DNA from: a candidate division WOR-3 bacterium
Lineage (GTDB): Bacteria > Hydrothermota > Tepidihabitantia > Tepidihabitantales > CAIPLT01
NCBI GenBank assembly: GCA_039801505.1
Contig: JBDRUV010000001.1
Coordinates: 459,361-523,360 of the forward strand
Reading direction: 5' to 3'
Length of the DNA stretch: 64,000 nt
The translations under genes and the position numbers were made by a program. Positions 7,946 through 17,287 of this stretch are shown here, piece after piece; position 1 is the first letter of the stretch; every line of letters starts with the position of its first letter. The notes beneath the pieces were generated by a model. The model was not told where the DNA came from, did no database searches, and saw only the letters and a list, made by a program, of their open reading frames with translations.

Positions 7946-9161
7946 ACATTAAACGATTTAGCATCCTCAGACTATCCTCACTTACGAGGATTTTATTATT
8001 GGAATATTTTGCCCAAGGATAGCCGCAATATATTACTTTTAGTTTCTGAAAATCTTTTACCTCTTTGGTCATAAGATACAGGGTGTCTTTTTTAAGTTCT
8101 AACGGATATTCTCGGAAAAACCGTGGTGAGATATTGTAGTTTGTAATTAGGGTATTCAGTAGTTCTTGCATACACCTATCATAACTTCTGGGGCGAGTTT
8201 TGGGGTAAGTCACTGTTTGATGATATTCGGGTGTTGGCAGCACCTTGCGGATTTTGGCAATAAAAAAGCCTTCGGTGTCATTATCATGGGGATAAATTCT
8301 TAGGCAATTTTTGACTGCTTCTGGATAAACTTCGTTTTGCCACTGGTTGACTCCTGAATGATATTTAATTCCCGAAAGTGAAATTGGCTCACACACAGCT
8401 ATTTCGGGATATTTTTTTAAAAGATAACTTACTACGGCTTCATTTTCTTCAGGAGCAAAAGTGCATGTGGTATATATAAGTATACCATCAGGTCTTAGAG
8501 TCCTAAAAGCCGAGTTAATTAAAGCCTCTTGCCTCTGGCTTAGGCGTTTTATTTTAGTTTCTGTCCAGTTTTTAAGCACTTCTGGCGAATTGCGAATTGT
8601 ACCCTCAAGTGAACATGGGGCGTCAAGTAATACCTTGTCAAAGTAATTCGGTAAGATTGTGCCAAGAATTTGTCCCGGATAATTGGTAACTACGGTGTTT
8701 ATTACTCCTAAACGCTTAAGATTACTAATTAAGGCCCGCAGCCGGTTTTTTGAGATATCATTAGCAACAATTAACCCCTGATTACCCATCAGCATAGCCA
8801 GTTGGGTCGTTTTTGAGCCTGGCGCAGCGGCTAAATCTAAGATTTTTTCATTGGGTCTAGGTGCTAAAATTATTGGTGGTAACATGGAGATTGCCTCTTG
8901 GAGATAGATCAGTCCTTGTTGGTGGCTAGCCAATGAGCCAAGATTTATTCGGTTTTTCACATAATAACCATCTGGATACCACGGGATTGGTACCAGCTCT
9001 AAGGAACCGAGCATAGCCAGTATTTCGGCCTTTGGACCTTTGAGGGTATTGATGCGCAGTGATGGTGTTACGGGGACCCTGAGGATTTCTAGAAATTGTT
9101 CAAAATTCGGAATAATCATCTGATACCGCTTGATAAATTTTTCTGGAAATTGTATCGTCAA
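7926..9161 (-). CDS. RsmB/RsmF (NOL1/NOP2/Sun) family RNA cytosine-C5 methyltransferase
   Basis: SAM-binding motif DLAAAPGSKTT, and catalytic motifs DAPCS and TCT. Confidence 0.85.
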   Translation of the reverse strand: MTIQFPEKFIKRYQMIIPNFEQFLEILRVPVTPSLRINTLKGPKAEILAMLGSLELVPIPWYPDGYYVKNRINLGSLASHQQGLIYLQEAISMLPPIILAPRPNEKILDLAAAPGSKTTQLAMLMGNQGLIVANDISKNRLRALISNLKRLGVINTVVTNYPGQILGTILPNYFDKVLLDAPCSLEGTIRNSPEVLKNWTETKIKRLSQRQEALINSAFRTLRPDGILIYTTCTFAPEENEAVVSYLLKKYPEIAVCEPISLSGIKYHSGVNQWQNEVYPEAVKNCLRIYPHDNDTEGFFIAKIRKVLPTPEYHQTVTYPKTRPRSYDRCMQELLNTLITNYNISPRFFREYPLELKKDTLYLMTKEVKDFQKLKVIYCGYPWAKYSNNKILVSEDSLRMLNRLMFNGENA

Positions 9162-9173
9162 GGGCTTTAGTAT

Positions 9174-10280
9174 CTATAGTTTAGTAACTACCAGCGTATT
9201 TGTAGTTTCGGAGAGTTTCCGTAAGAGTGATATTTTTTCGTTAAGGCCCAGCCGCGCCTGTCGAATTGCCGTTTCTAAGATCATAATCGAGCGGTCATAT
9301 TCAGCTCGGTTAATCGGATAGGGGTGACCATCCTTACCGCCATGGGCAAAACTATAGCTCACCGGGTCATTATAACTTGGTTTGGCTCCGTAGATAAGTT
9401 CTGAGATCAATGCTAAAGCTCGAATCGTCTTTGGACCAACCCCACTAATACTTAAAAGCTCTTGGAAACTTGCGGGTTGGGTTTCGTAAGTCTCGTTTAA
9501 AATTTTTTTAAGGCGGTCCGGATTAATATCTTGAACCGTAATAAAATGTCGCTCAGGTAACTTTATCTGCTTGATTTTAGCTAAAGTGCCGATTGTTTTA
9601 ATGGGATTGTCGCAAGCTACCACAGTTGAGACTTCTCGGGCCTTAGCAGCGCTGCGGGCAATAAGATTTAATGCGGTCCCCTTCTTTTGGCTAATTATCG
9701 CCTTGTGCGGTTCAACCACATAATCTTTGAGTTCTAAGGAGAGCCAATGATATCTTCTGGCCCAGCGGGTCTGGGTATTCATACCCTGTTGGATTACCGC
9801 CCATTTTCCGTCTTTGGTGCCCAAAAAAGTGTGATGATAAATTTGATAGCCGTCTTGTAAGGCACAAGAGTCGACCTTGGCCGTAAGTTTACTGGCATAA
9901 ACCAATGGTTCCGGACTAAATCCCAGTTTATCAGCCCAAAAGAGAATCTCTTCCGGGGTTTTACGCGAAGTTCGACCTTTACCGCCTGCAATAAATAAGC
10001 CATACTCCGAGGCTAGCTCTTTAAGTCCTTCTTTTAGGGCCCCGCATACTGTGGTGGTCAATCCGGATGAATGCCAGTCAAAACCTAACACACAACCAAA
10101 ACTTTGAAACCAGACCGGATCAGAGAGTCTTATAAGAAATTCATCAGGACCGAATTCTCCAAGAATAATTTCGGCAATCGCCCGGGCCAGCCGAATCATT
10201 CGATTAAACAGCCACTTAGGGGCCGAACCGTAATGCAGGGGTAGTTCAGCAACACCGCGACGCATAGTTGTATAATTCAT
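9174..10280 (-). CDS. DUF763 domain-containing protein
   Basis: The N-terminus (ELPLHYGSAPKWLF) and overall length match my recollection of DUF763. Function unknown. Confidence 0.65.
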   Translation of the reverse strand: MNYTTMRRGVAELPLHYGSAPKWLFNRMIRLARAIAEIILGEFGPDEFLIRLSDPVWFQSFGCVLGFDWHSSGLTTTVCGALKEGLKELASEYGLFIAGGKGRTSRKTPEEILFWADKLGFSPEPLVYASKLTAKVDSCALQDGYQIYHHTFLGTKDGKWAVIQQGMNTQTRWARRYHWLSLELKDYVVEPHKAIISQKKGTALNLIARSAAKAREVSTVVACDNPIKTIGTLAKIKQIKLPERHFITVQDINPDRLKKILNETYETQPASFQELLSISGVGPKTIRALALISELIYGAKPSYNDPVSYSFAHGGKDGHPYPINRAEYDRSIMILETAIRQARLGLNEKISLLRKLSETTNTLVVTKL

Positions 10281-10460
10281 TGTAAGCCTAATAATTTATT
10301 AATCAAGAGTCTTAGTAATCCAGTCAGATTTAGCGTTTCGCTGCCTCACGACTTGTTCTTGTTTAGCTTTTAGCCGGCCGATGATATTATTAAGATTTCG
10401 CGAAACAAGCCGAGGATTCAACATTTAAGATTTATTAACCCATTAGGCCAATTATCTAAA

Positions 10461-10540
10461 GGACCGTCCCCCGGACCGTATCCGGTACGGTGTTCCCACA
10501 GTGTATCAGGTTTTGTCCTCAATATCCCTACGGCGTAGCA
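10461..10540. repeat. GC-rich hairpin core of the spacer-element family (copy B)
   Basis: ggACCGTcccccgg followed by ACCGTAtccggTACGGT (10475-10491), then ..ccctacggcgtag. It aligns with copy A at 225-285. Confidence 0.5.
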
Positions 10541-10611
10541 GATTTTTTAATGTCATCATTTATATATGATGCCAAAACCTAAAGAAATGGTTAAAGAACT
10601 TTTATTAACAG

Positions 10612-10639
10612 TTGACATCAGGCTGATTTAGGGTAAAAT
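10612..10639 (+). promoter_or_regulatory. sigma70-type promoter (leaderless geometry)
   Basis: TTGACA at 10612-10617, 16-nt spacer, TAAAAT at 10634-10639. 10 nt to the ATG at 10650, no SD. Confidence 0.6.
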
Positions 10640-10649
10640 AAAGCTAACC

Positions 10650-11141
10650 ATGAGAATAAGAATTATTGCCACCGGTGGCACTTTTGATAAAGAATATAAT
10701 GAGCTGACCGGCGAGCTATTTTTCAAGCATACCCATGTGCCCGAGATGTTAAAACTTGGTCGCTGCCGGATTGATGTTGTTATTGAGGAGCTTATGATGG
10801 TGGACAGTGCCTATATGACTGATAACGAGCGAGCCCAAATTATTGAAGCTGTAAAGAGAAGTCCAGAGGACCGAATTTTAATAACGCACGGCACGGATCG
10901 CATGGTTGAAACGGCCAAGGCCTTGGCTCAGATGGTTAAAGATAAAACCGTAGTGCTAACCGGTGCTATGGTGCCATATAGTTTTGGTAGTTCGGACGGA
11001 ATGTTTAATCTGGGTGCCGGCTTAGCCTTTGTCCAGACCCTGCCTTATGGGGTTTATATTGCGATGAACGGCCGCTATTTTCATTGGCATAATGTAATGA
11101 AGAATAGAAACACTGGTTATTTTGAAGAAATATCCCAATAA
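10650..11141 (+). CDS. stand-alone asparaginase N-terminal-domain protein
   Basis: IIATGGTFDK (catalytic Thr motif) and ITHGTDRM motifs. Only 163 aa, so the C-terminal domain of classical asparaginases is absent. Confidence 0.75.
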   Translation: MRIRIIATGGTFDKEYNELTGELFFKHTHVPEMLKLGRCRIDVVIEELMMVDSAYMTDNERAQIIEAVKRSPEDRILITHGTDRMVETAKALAQMVKDKTVVLTGAMVPYSFGSSDGMFNLGAGLAFVQTLPYGVYIAMNGRYFHWHNVMKNRNTGYFEEISQ

Positions 11142-11152
11142 CATAATTTTTT

Positions 11153-12925
11153 ATGAGGTATTTTGAGGCATTTCTTGTGATTATTTGTATCTTTTCTCTG
11201 CTTAATGCCTTAAATTATATTGAATCATCTACCGGACTCACTACACCTAATTGGGAAGGGGGCCGAACCGAGTTAGAATTTGCTGATATTAATAACGACG
11301 GATTTGTTGATATTCTTTCCATCGGTGACCACGGTTCGCCATATATTAATTCTGGTGAACATGGCATTATGGTTTGGTTTGGCAACGGCCAGGGCAGCTG
11401 GACCAATTATATGAACGGCAATTTTGGCTATGGTGGCATTGCGATTGGAGATGTAAATAATGACGGATACTTAGATGTCGGCTATGGAATGCATCATAAT
11501 TATTCCGGAACCGATTTTGGCGACCAGCTAATGGAGGTTGCGTTAGGTGATGGCACTGGTAGAAACTGGACACCCTGGGACGACTCGTTAGCTATGCATG
11601 GTCAAAGTTGGGGTATGTTTGGCACTGATTTTGCTGATATTGACAATGATGGCGATTTAGATATTGGCTCGGTTTCTTTTGGCTCAGGTGACGGCATTCA
11701 TATTTACCAGAATATGATGAATGGCACTTGGCATCGTAGTTTTGGTTTTCTAGGTGGTAATTCCAATATGGAGTTGTATTTTGCCGATTTTAACAAGGAT
11801 GGTAATGCTGATTTTGCTGTGACTCATCAATATTCCAGTGTATATTTTGGGGATGGACATGGTAACTTTACATCGGCGCATCTTAATTTGCCGGCGCCAG
11901 GCGATATAGGTTATCGCAGTGTTTCCGTCGGTGATGTCGATAACGATGGGGGTAGCGATTTAGGATTTATTACCACTAGTGGCGGTGTCTTTGTTTATAT
12001 TTATAATGAACTTACCCAAAGCTGGGAGAATTTTTCAGGTAATTTACCAAGTTCTGGTAATTACCAGCGCATAAATCTTTGGGATATGAATGGTGACGGT
12101 TTTCTTGATGTGGTGGCACAGGGAGGTGGAGTCTTAAAAATTTGGTTGGGTAACGGACTTGGTAGCTGGATCGAGGCCTGTCAGATCAATACGCCAAGTC
12201 CGGGCACCGCGCAGGCACTCTGTGTGCGTGCCGACTGTGATAATAACGGTTGCGCTGATATTGTAACACTGGTTGAAGAGGGCACCTGGCCTTCATATCG
12301 AAACCGTCTGCGTTTTTTTAAGGAAACTTCGCAGTCATTAAATTTAGAAATTTTACCAATTTTTCCGAAAGGATCAGAACGATTTCGAGCTGGTTCCGTA
12401 AACTTTATTCGCTGGCAAAGTAAAGTTCCGAATAATATACCTTCTTGGGTTTCCATTGAGTTTTCGGCCCATGGCAGTAGCGGACCCTGGCAGATACTTT
12501 TTGAGTCTATTCCTAATAACGGCATGAAACAATGGCTAATTCCTAATGTATCTTCAAGCGATTGTGAACTGAAATTGACTGTCTACACCGCAAGCGAGAC
12601 TAGCGTTGTAATCACCCCGCCGTTTACAATTTTAGGTCCGGCACCGGCCATAAAAGAAGCTACACTTCGTAGTTTGAGTACAAATCTCGTTTATTTAATT
12701 ACCCGTCCCAATATTTCTTTACCGGTTAATATTAAATCGTCCGGCTCGGTCCTAATTACCATCTATGATCGCCAGGGTCGATTGGTTTATCGGTGCCTAA
12801 AAAGACAACTAGGCGCTAAAAAATTCTTAGAGTTAAATGACATTCAATTAGGTGCTGGAGATTATTATCTAACAATTTTAGCACCTGATTATATTTTTAG
12901 GGCCAAATTAATTGTTGTTCATTAG
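11153..12925 (+). CDS. FG-GAP/VCBS repeat protein with a T9SS-like C-terminal sorting domain
   Basis: Repeated D.N.DG..D motifs (DINNDGFVD, DVNNDGYLD, DIDNDGDLD, DVDNDGGSD). The C-terminal beta-rich tail (ITIYDRQGRLV..GDYYLTI) resembles TIGR04183-type domains. Confidence 0.8.
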   Translation: MRYFEAFLVIICIFSLLNALNYIESSTGLTTPNWEGGRTELEFADINNDGFVDILSIGDHGSPYINSGEHGIMVWFGNGQGSWTNYMNGNFGYGGIAIGDVNNDGYLDVGYGMHHNYSGTDFGDQLMEVALGDGTGRNWTPWDDSLAMHGQSWGMFGTDFADIDNDGDLDIGSVSFGSGDGIHIYQNMMNGTWHRSFGFLGGNSNMELYFADFNKDGNADFAVTHQYSSVYFGDGHGNFTSAHLNLPAPGDIGYRSVSVGDVDNDGGSDLGFITTSGGVFVYIYNELTQSWENFSGNLPSSGNYQRINLWDMNGDGFLDVVAQGGGVLKIWLGNGLGSWIEACQINTPSPGTAQALCVRADCDNNGCADIVTLVEEGTWPSYRNRLRFFKETSQSLNLEILPIFPKGSERFRAGSVNFIRWQSKVPNNIPSWVSIEFSAHGSSGPWQILFESIPNNGMKQWLIPNVSSSDCELKLTVYTASETSVVITPPFTILGPAPAIKEATLRSLSTNLVYLITRPNISLPVNIKSSGSVLITIYDRQGRLVYRCLKRQLGAKKFLELNDIQLGAGDYYLTILAPDYIFRAKLIVVH

Positions 12926-12946
12926 CATCAAAATCAAGGAGGATAA

Positions 12947-13498
12947 ATGACAGTAAAAGAAGCAATTAATAACCGTAGGGCCTATCGGTCCTTAGATCCG
13001 ACCGACATTACCCAGGAACTTATTAATGAATTAGCCTCGGCGGTACAGCTAACGCCTTCATGTTTTAATAATCAACCTTGGCGTCTAGTATTTGTTTATG
13101 AGTCTGAAGTCTTAACCGAGCTAAAAAAGACTTTAGCACGGGGTAATGAATGGGCATACGATGCTTCGATGATTATTGCGGTATTTAGTAACAAAGAACT
13201 CGATTGTGTGCTGGGTGATCGAGAATATTACCTATTTGATTGTGGTATGGCAGTAGGGTTTTTACTGCTTCGGGCCACAGAATTAGGACTTGTGGCCCAT
13301 CCGATTGCCGGTTATAACCATAAACTAGTTAAAGAAGTGTTAAGAATTCCTGATGGGATGACGGTAATTACCTTAATTATTATTGGCAAGCATGCTAAAG
13401 AAATCAAACCAGTACTGACTGAAAAACAACGTGAACAAGAGCTAAAACGTCCAGAACGCTTATCTTTGGAAAAATTCGTTTATCTAAACCACCTTTGA
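12947..13498 (+). CDS. nitroreductase family protein
   Basis: RRAYRSL and NNQPWR motifs. AGGAGG SD upstream. Confidence 0.85.
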   Translation: MTVKEAINNRRAYRSLDPTDITQELINELASAVQLTPSCFNNQPWRLVFVYESEVLTELKKTLARGNEWAYDASMIIAVFSNKELDCVLGDREYYLFDCGMAVGFLLLRATELGLVAHPIAGYNHKLVKEVLRIPDGMTVITLIIIGKHAKEIKPVLTEKQREQELKRPERLSLEKFVYLNHL

Positions 13499-13504
13499 TT
13501 TATA

Positions 13505-13532
13505 TTGACAAAACCAAATTTTCTAATAAAAT
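13505..13532 (+). promoter_or_regulatory. sigma70-type promoter of the pdxJ-secDF operon
   Basis: TTGACA at 13505-13510, 16-nt spacer, TAAAAT at 13527-13532. 12 nt to the ATG at 13545. Confidence 0.55.
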
Positions 13533-13544
13533 AATGGTTTAAAT

Positions 13545-14264
13545 ATGAAAAAATTATCGGTTAATATTGATCATGTGGCAACACTTAGAGAAGCTCGTAA
13601 GGAATTGGTTCCGGATCCGGTACATGCAGCAGTATTAGCTGAACTGGGTGGAGCTGATGGGATTACGATACATCTGCGGGCTGACCGACGGCATATCAAA
13701 GAACGAGATCTTGAGTTATTGCGTTATGTAATTAAGACCGAGCTCAATTTAGAAATGGCCGCAACTCCTGAGATGTTGAAAATTGCCTTGAAGGTGAAAC
13801 CGGATCTTATCACATTGGTTCCAGAGCGACCCCAAGAGTTAACTACGGAAGGTGGATTAGATCTTAAGAAAAATTATCGTGTCTTAAAGCCCATCGTCCA
13901 GAAGATAAAAGCTGCTGGAATGCGCTTAAGTTTCTTTACGGAGGCTGACCGTGAACAGATAACCATGGCTCATAAATTGGGTGCTGACCTAATTGAGATT
14001 AATACAAACCTTTATAGTAAGGAGAAGAAAAATCCCCAGGGTGTTATCAGCAAAATTTCTGAAGAAGCACAATTTGCTCAGGAACTGGGTCTTTTAGTCC
14101 ATTGCGGACATGGAATTAACTACCAAAATATTTCACCCCTTTTGAAAATCAAAGAGATATCTGGTTTTAGTATTGGCTTTGCAATTATTGCTCGAGCCAT
14201 CTATGTTGGTATTACTAATGCGGTTAAAGAAATGAAAGAGCTTATAAATCAACATAAGGAGTAG
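13545..14264 (+). CDS. pdxJ: pyridoxine 5'-phosphate synthase
   Basis: LSVNIDHVATLREAR and HLRADRRHI motifs. Confidence 0.95.
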   Translation: MKKLSVNIDHVATLREARKELVPDPVHAAVLAELGGADGITIHLRADRRHIKERDLELLRYVIKTELNLEMAATPEMLKIALKVKPDLITLVPERPQELTTEGGLDLKKNYRVLKPIVQKIKAAGMRLSFFTEADREQITMAHKLGADLIEINTNLYSKEKKNPQGVISKISEEAQFAQELGLLVHCGHGINYQNISPLLKIKEISGFSIGFAIIARAIYVGITNAVKEMKELINQHKE

Positions 14265-14266
14265 TA

Positions 14267-15886
14267 ATGAGATATGGTAAATTAAAATTTGCTGCGGTTA
14301 TTATATTAATCGGCTTAGGTCTTTATACGTTATATCCAACTTATGAACTATATGTAAAACTTCCTCGCGAAAAGAAAGCCCTTACCGAACTTCGTCAGCG
14401 TGCTGTAACTCGGGATGATAGCATGCGGGTCAGTTATCGAGAAAACGAGCTTAAAGAAAAAGAAGCCAAGCTGCATAAACGAGCTTTACATTTAGGGCTT
14501 GACCTAGTAGGGGGTATGCACTTAATGCTTGAGATCGACAAAAGCAAACTTACGAAAGAAGAAGCACGGGATGCGGTGGATCGAGCCTTAGCTGTGATTC
14601 AAAACCGTATTGACCAGTTTGGAGTTTATGAGCCAATCATCCAAAAAGTTGGCGCCGACCGGATATTGGTCCAATTACCAGGTGTTGACCGGGAGCGAGC
14701 GGTAAATCTAATAGGGCAGGTAGCTTTATTGGAATTTCGATTGGTAGCCGAGGTGGAGAAGACCAATGAAGTTTTAAAAATGATTGACGATTACTATCGG
14801 AGGATAAACAAAGAAGATACCACTACCAAAGCTGAGGGAACATTTTTAAGTTATGTGATTTCTGTAGACCGAAACGATTTCGGTGTTGAAGAAGTTGATT
14901 TTCCAATATTTGCGCAATTGGTTAATAATGCTAAAGAAATTGTTCCTCAGGAGTATGAGATTCTTTTTGGCCCGACAGAAGTTATTCAAGGTCGGCGGGT
15001 GCGTCGGCTATACTTGGTTAAAAAAGAGGCCGAACTTACCGGAGCAAGCATAACCGAAGCCAATCCGGCACCTTACCAGGGTCAGGACCCGAATTTAGCT
15101 AATACCTGGATTGTCAGTCTAAAACTCTCTCGTAAGGATGCCACTAAATTTGCGATGATTACCGGACGTAATGTTGGTCGCAGGTTGGCAATCGTCCTAG
15201 ATAATGTGGTGCGATTTGCGCCGGTTATTAAAGAACGTATACCAACCGGTGAAGCTATGATTACTACTGGCGAAATTAATCCGGAGCGGGCCCGGGATTT
15301 AGCTATTGTGCTGCGTTCGGGTGCCCTACCGGCTCCAGTGATTATTACTGAGGAGCGTACGGTTGGCCCGGCTTTAGGTAAAGACTCAATTGATAAAGGT
15401 ATTCGGGCTGGTCTTATTGGAGCAATAATTATTCTCTTGTTTATGATTATTTATTATAGTTTGTCGGGAGTAATTGCTAATATTACTTTAATTTTAAATA
15501 TTTTCTTTATTTTAGTTGTTTTAGCCGGGCTTCGAGCTACTTTAACACTACCCGGTATCGCTGGGATTGTTTTGACGATAGGCATGGCGGTTGATGCTAA
15601 TATCTTAATTTTTGAGCGAATTCGTGAGGAATTACGCGCCGGTAAGAAAGTCCGCTCGGCAGTCGACAGTGGTTTTTCTCGAGCCGCAGTTACTATTCTT
15701 GATGCCAATATTACCACGATTATTACAACGATTGCTTTGTATTTCTTTGGAACCGGTCCAATTCGGGGCTTTGCCGTGACTTTAATGGTAGGATTAGTAA
15801 TTAATATAATTACGGCCGTAGTAATCGGTCGGTTTATTTTCCAATGGGCGGTTACACAATTTGCCCATGAAAGGTTGAGGATCTAA
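14267..15886 (+). CDS. secD: protein translocase subunit SecD
   Basis: LGLDLVGGMHL motif, a large periplasmic domain and a C-terminal 6-TM region. It is followed by secF. Confidence 0.95.
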   Translation: MRYGKLKFAAVIILIGLGLYTLYPTYELYVKLPREKKALTELRQRAVTRDDSMRVSYRENELKEKEAKLHKRALHLGLDLVGGMHLMLEIDKSKLTKEEARDAVDRALAVIQNRIDQFGVYEPIIQKVGADRILVQLPGVDRERAVNLIGQVALLEFRLVAEVEKTNEVLKMIDDYYRRINKEDTTTKAEGTFLSYVISVDRNDFGVEEVDFPIFAQLVNNAKEIVPQEYEILFGPTEVIQGRRVRRLYLVKKEAELTGASITEANPAPYQGQDPNLANTWIVSLKLSRKDATKFAMITGRNVGRRLAIVLDNVVRFAPVIKERIPTGEAMITTGEINPERARDLAIVLRSGALPAPVIITEERTVGPALGKDSIDKGIRAGLIGAIIILLFMIIYYSLSGVIANITLILNIFFILVVLAGLRATLTLPGIAGIVLTIGMAVDANILIFERIREELRAGKKVRSAVDSGFSRAAVTILDANITTIITTIALYFFGTGPIRGFAVTLMVGLVINIITAVVIGRFIFQWAVTQFAHERLRI

Positions 15887-15889
15887 AAT

Positions 15890-16804
15890 ATGCTTCAGAT
15901 ATTTAAAAGTCCTAATTATAATTTTACGACTCGTCGCTCTATTTTCTTTGTAATTTCAGCAGCTCTGATGGTGATTTCAATAATATCCTTTGTGGTTAAT
16001 CGTGGCTTTAAGTACAGTGTTGACTTTACCGGTGGGACCTTGATTGAGGTTCGATTCCTTCGACCTGTGGCAATTTCAACTTTACGGACGATATTTAAGA
16101 ACTTCCAAACCGGCAATGTTTCAATTCAGCAGTTTGGTGAAGGCACAGATTTTATAGTTCGTTTCGAAAGTCCCTCGGAATTTGTATCGCAGGAGAGTTT
16201 GGGTTCAAAAGTTTTAGAATTATTAAATCAGGAATTAACCGATAATCCGGCAGAAATTGTTCGGATTGAAATGGTTGGACCGCGCATTGGCAAAGAACTT
16301 CAACGTAACGCAATTATTGCTGTGCTTATTGGACTCCTTGGTATTCTGATTTATGTGACGATTCGTTTCGATTTTCGATTTGGAACCGCTGCGGTAATTG
16401 CTTTAATACACGATGTGACATTAACAATGGGATTTATTTTAATTACGCGGACTGAAGTATCAATTCCCATCATCGCGGCACTGTTAACTATTGTTGGTTA
16501 TTCAGTGAACAATTCCATCGTGATTTCGGACCGGGTTCGAGAGAATTTACGGAAAATTCATCGGATAAGTTTTGAATCGATTGTTAACCAAAGTATTAAC
16601 GATACCTTATCGCGGACCATCTTAACCGCCTCTACAACCTTTATGGTTGCCTTCATACTATACCTTTTAGGTGCCGCAGCTATTAAAGATTTCGCCAAAG
16701 TGATTTCTTTCGGGGTCGTTGTGGGAACCTATTCATCAATTTATATTTGCGGACCGCTGGTTGTGGAATGGGAGAAATACTTTCCTAAGCGCATCCGTGG
16801 CTAA
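15890..16804 (+). CDS. secF: protein translocase subunit SecF
   Basis: SVDFTGGT motif, a SecF-type TM bundle, and adjacency to secD. Confidence 0.95.
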   Translation: MLQIFKSPNYNFTTRRSIFFVISAALMVISIISFVVNRGFKYSVDFTGGTLIEVRFLRPVAISTLRTIFKNFQTGNVSIQQFGEGTDFIVRFESPSEFVSQESLGSKVLELLNQELTDNPAEIVRIEMVGPRIGKELQRNAIIAVLIGLLGILIYVTIRFDFRFGTAAVIALIHDVTLTMGFILITRTEVSIPIIAALLTIVGYSVNNSIVISDRVRENLRKIHRISFESIVNQSINDTLSRTILTASTTFMVAFILYLLGAAAIKDFAKVISFGVVVGTYSSIYICGPLVVEWEKYFPKRIRG

Positions 16805-16828
16805 AACTCTGTGAGTAATAAAATTTAA

Positions 16829-17281
16829 ATGGATCTTTTCATCACCAAACTAATCGCTACTACTTTTTTTAGTGGCTATATTCCTTTAGCCCCAGGGACA
16901 TGGGGAAGTCTTTTAGCAGTGCCTTTGTCTTTTTTTCTTCACAAACATGGTTGGATCGGTTATCTGGCAGCGCTCGGAGTAATTTTTCTCGTTGGATTGG
17001 GCTCGGCTGATTTTTTAACAAAATATTGGCAAAAAAAAGACGATGCTCGGATTAATATCGATGAGTTTTTAGGAATGCTTATCACATTTTTTTTGTTACC
17101 CCGGATGAATTTTATAATTTTAGTTGGAGGTTTTATTTTGTTTCGGTTTTTTGATATTGTAAAGCCGCTATATATCCGAAATACTGAGAAGTTAAAAAGT
17201 AGTCTTAGTATTATGCTTGACGATATTGTTGCTGGGGTTTATACTAATTTACTGCTACAATTTCTTGTTCGAATCTTATAA
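16829..17281 (+). CDS. pgpA: phosphatidylglycerophosphatase A
   Basis: PGTWGSL motif and a 150-aa membrane protein typical of PgpA. Confidence 0.85.
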   Translation: MDLFITKLIATTFFSGYIPLAPGTWGSLLAVPLSFFLHKHGWIGYLAALGVIFLVGLGSADFLTKYWQKKDDARINIDEFLGMLITFFLLPRMNFIILVGGFILFRFFDIVKPLYIRNTEKLKSSLSIMLDDIVAGVYTNLLLQFLVRIL

Positions 17282-17287
17282 ATTTTT

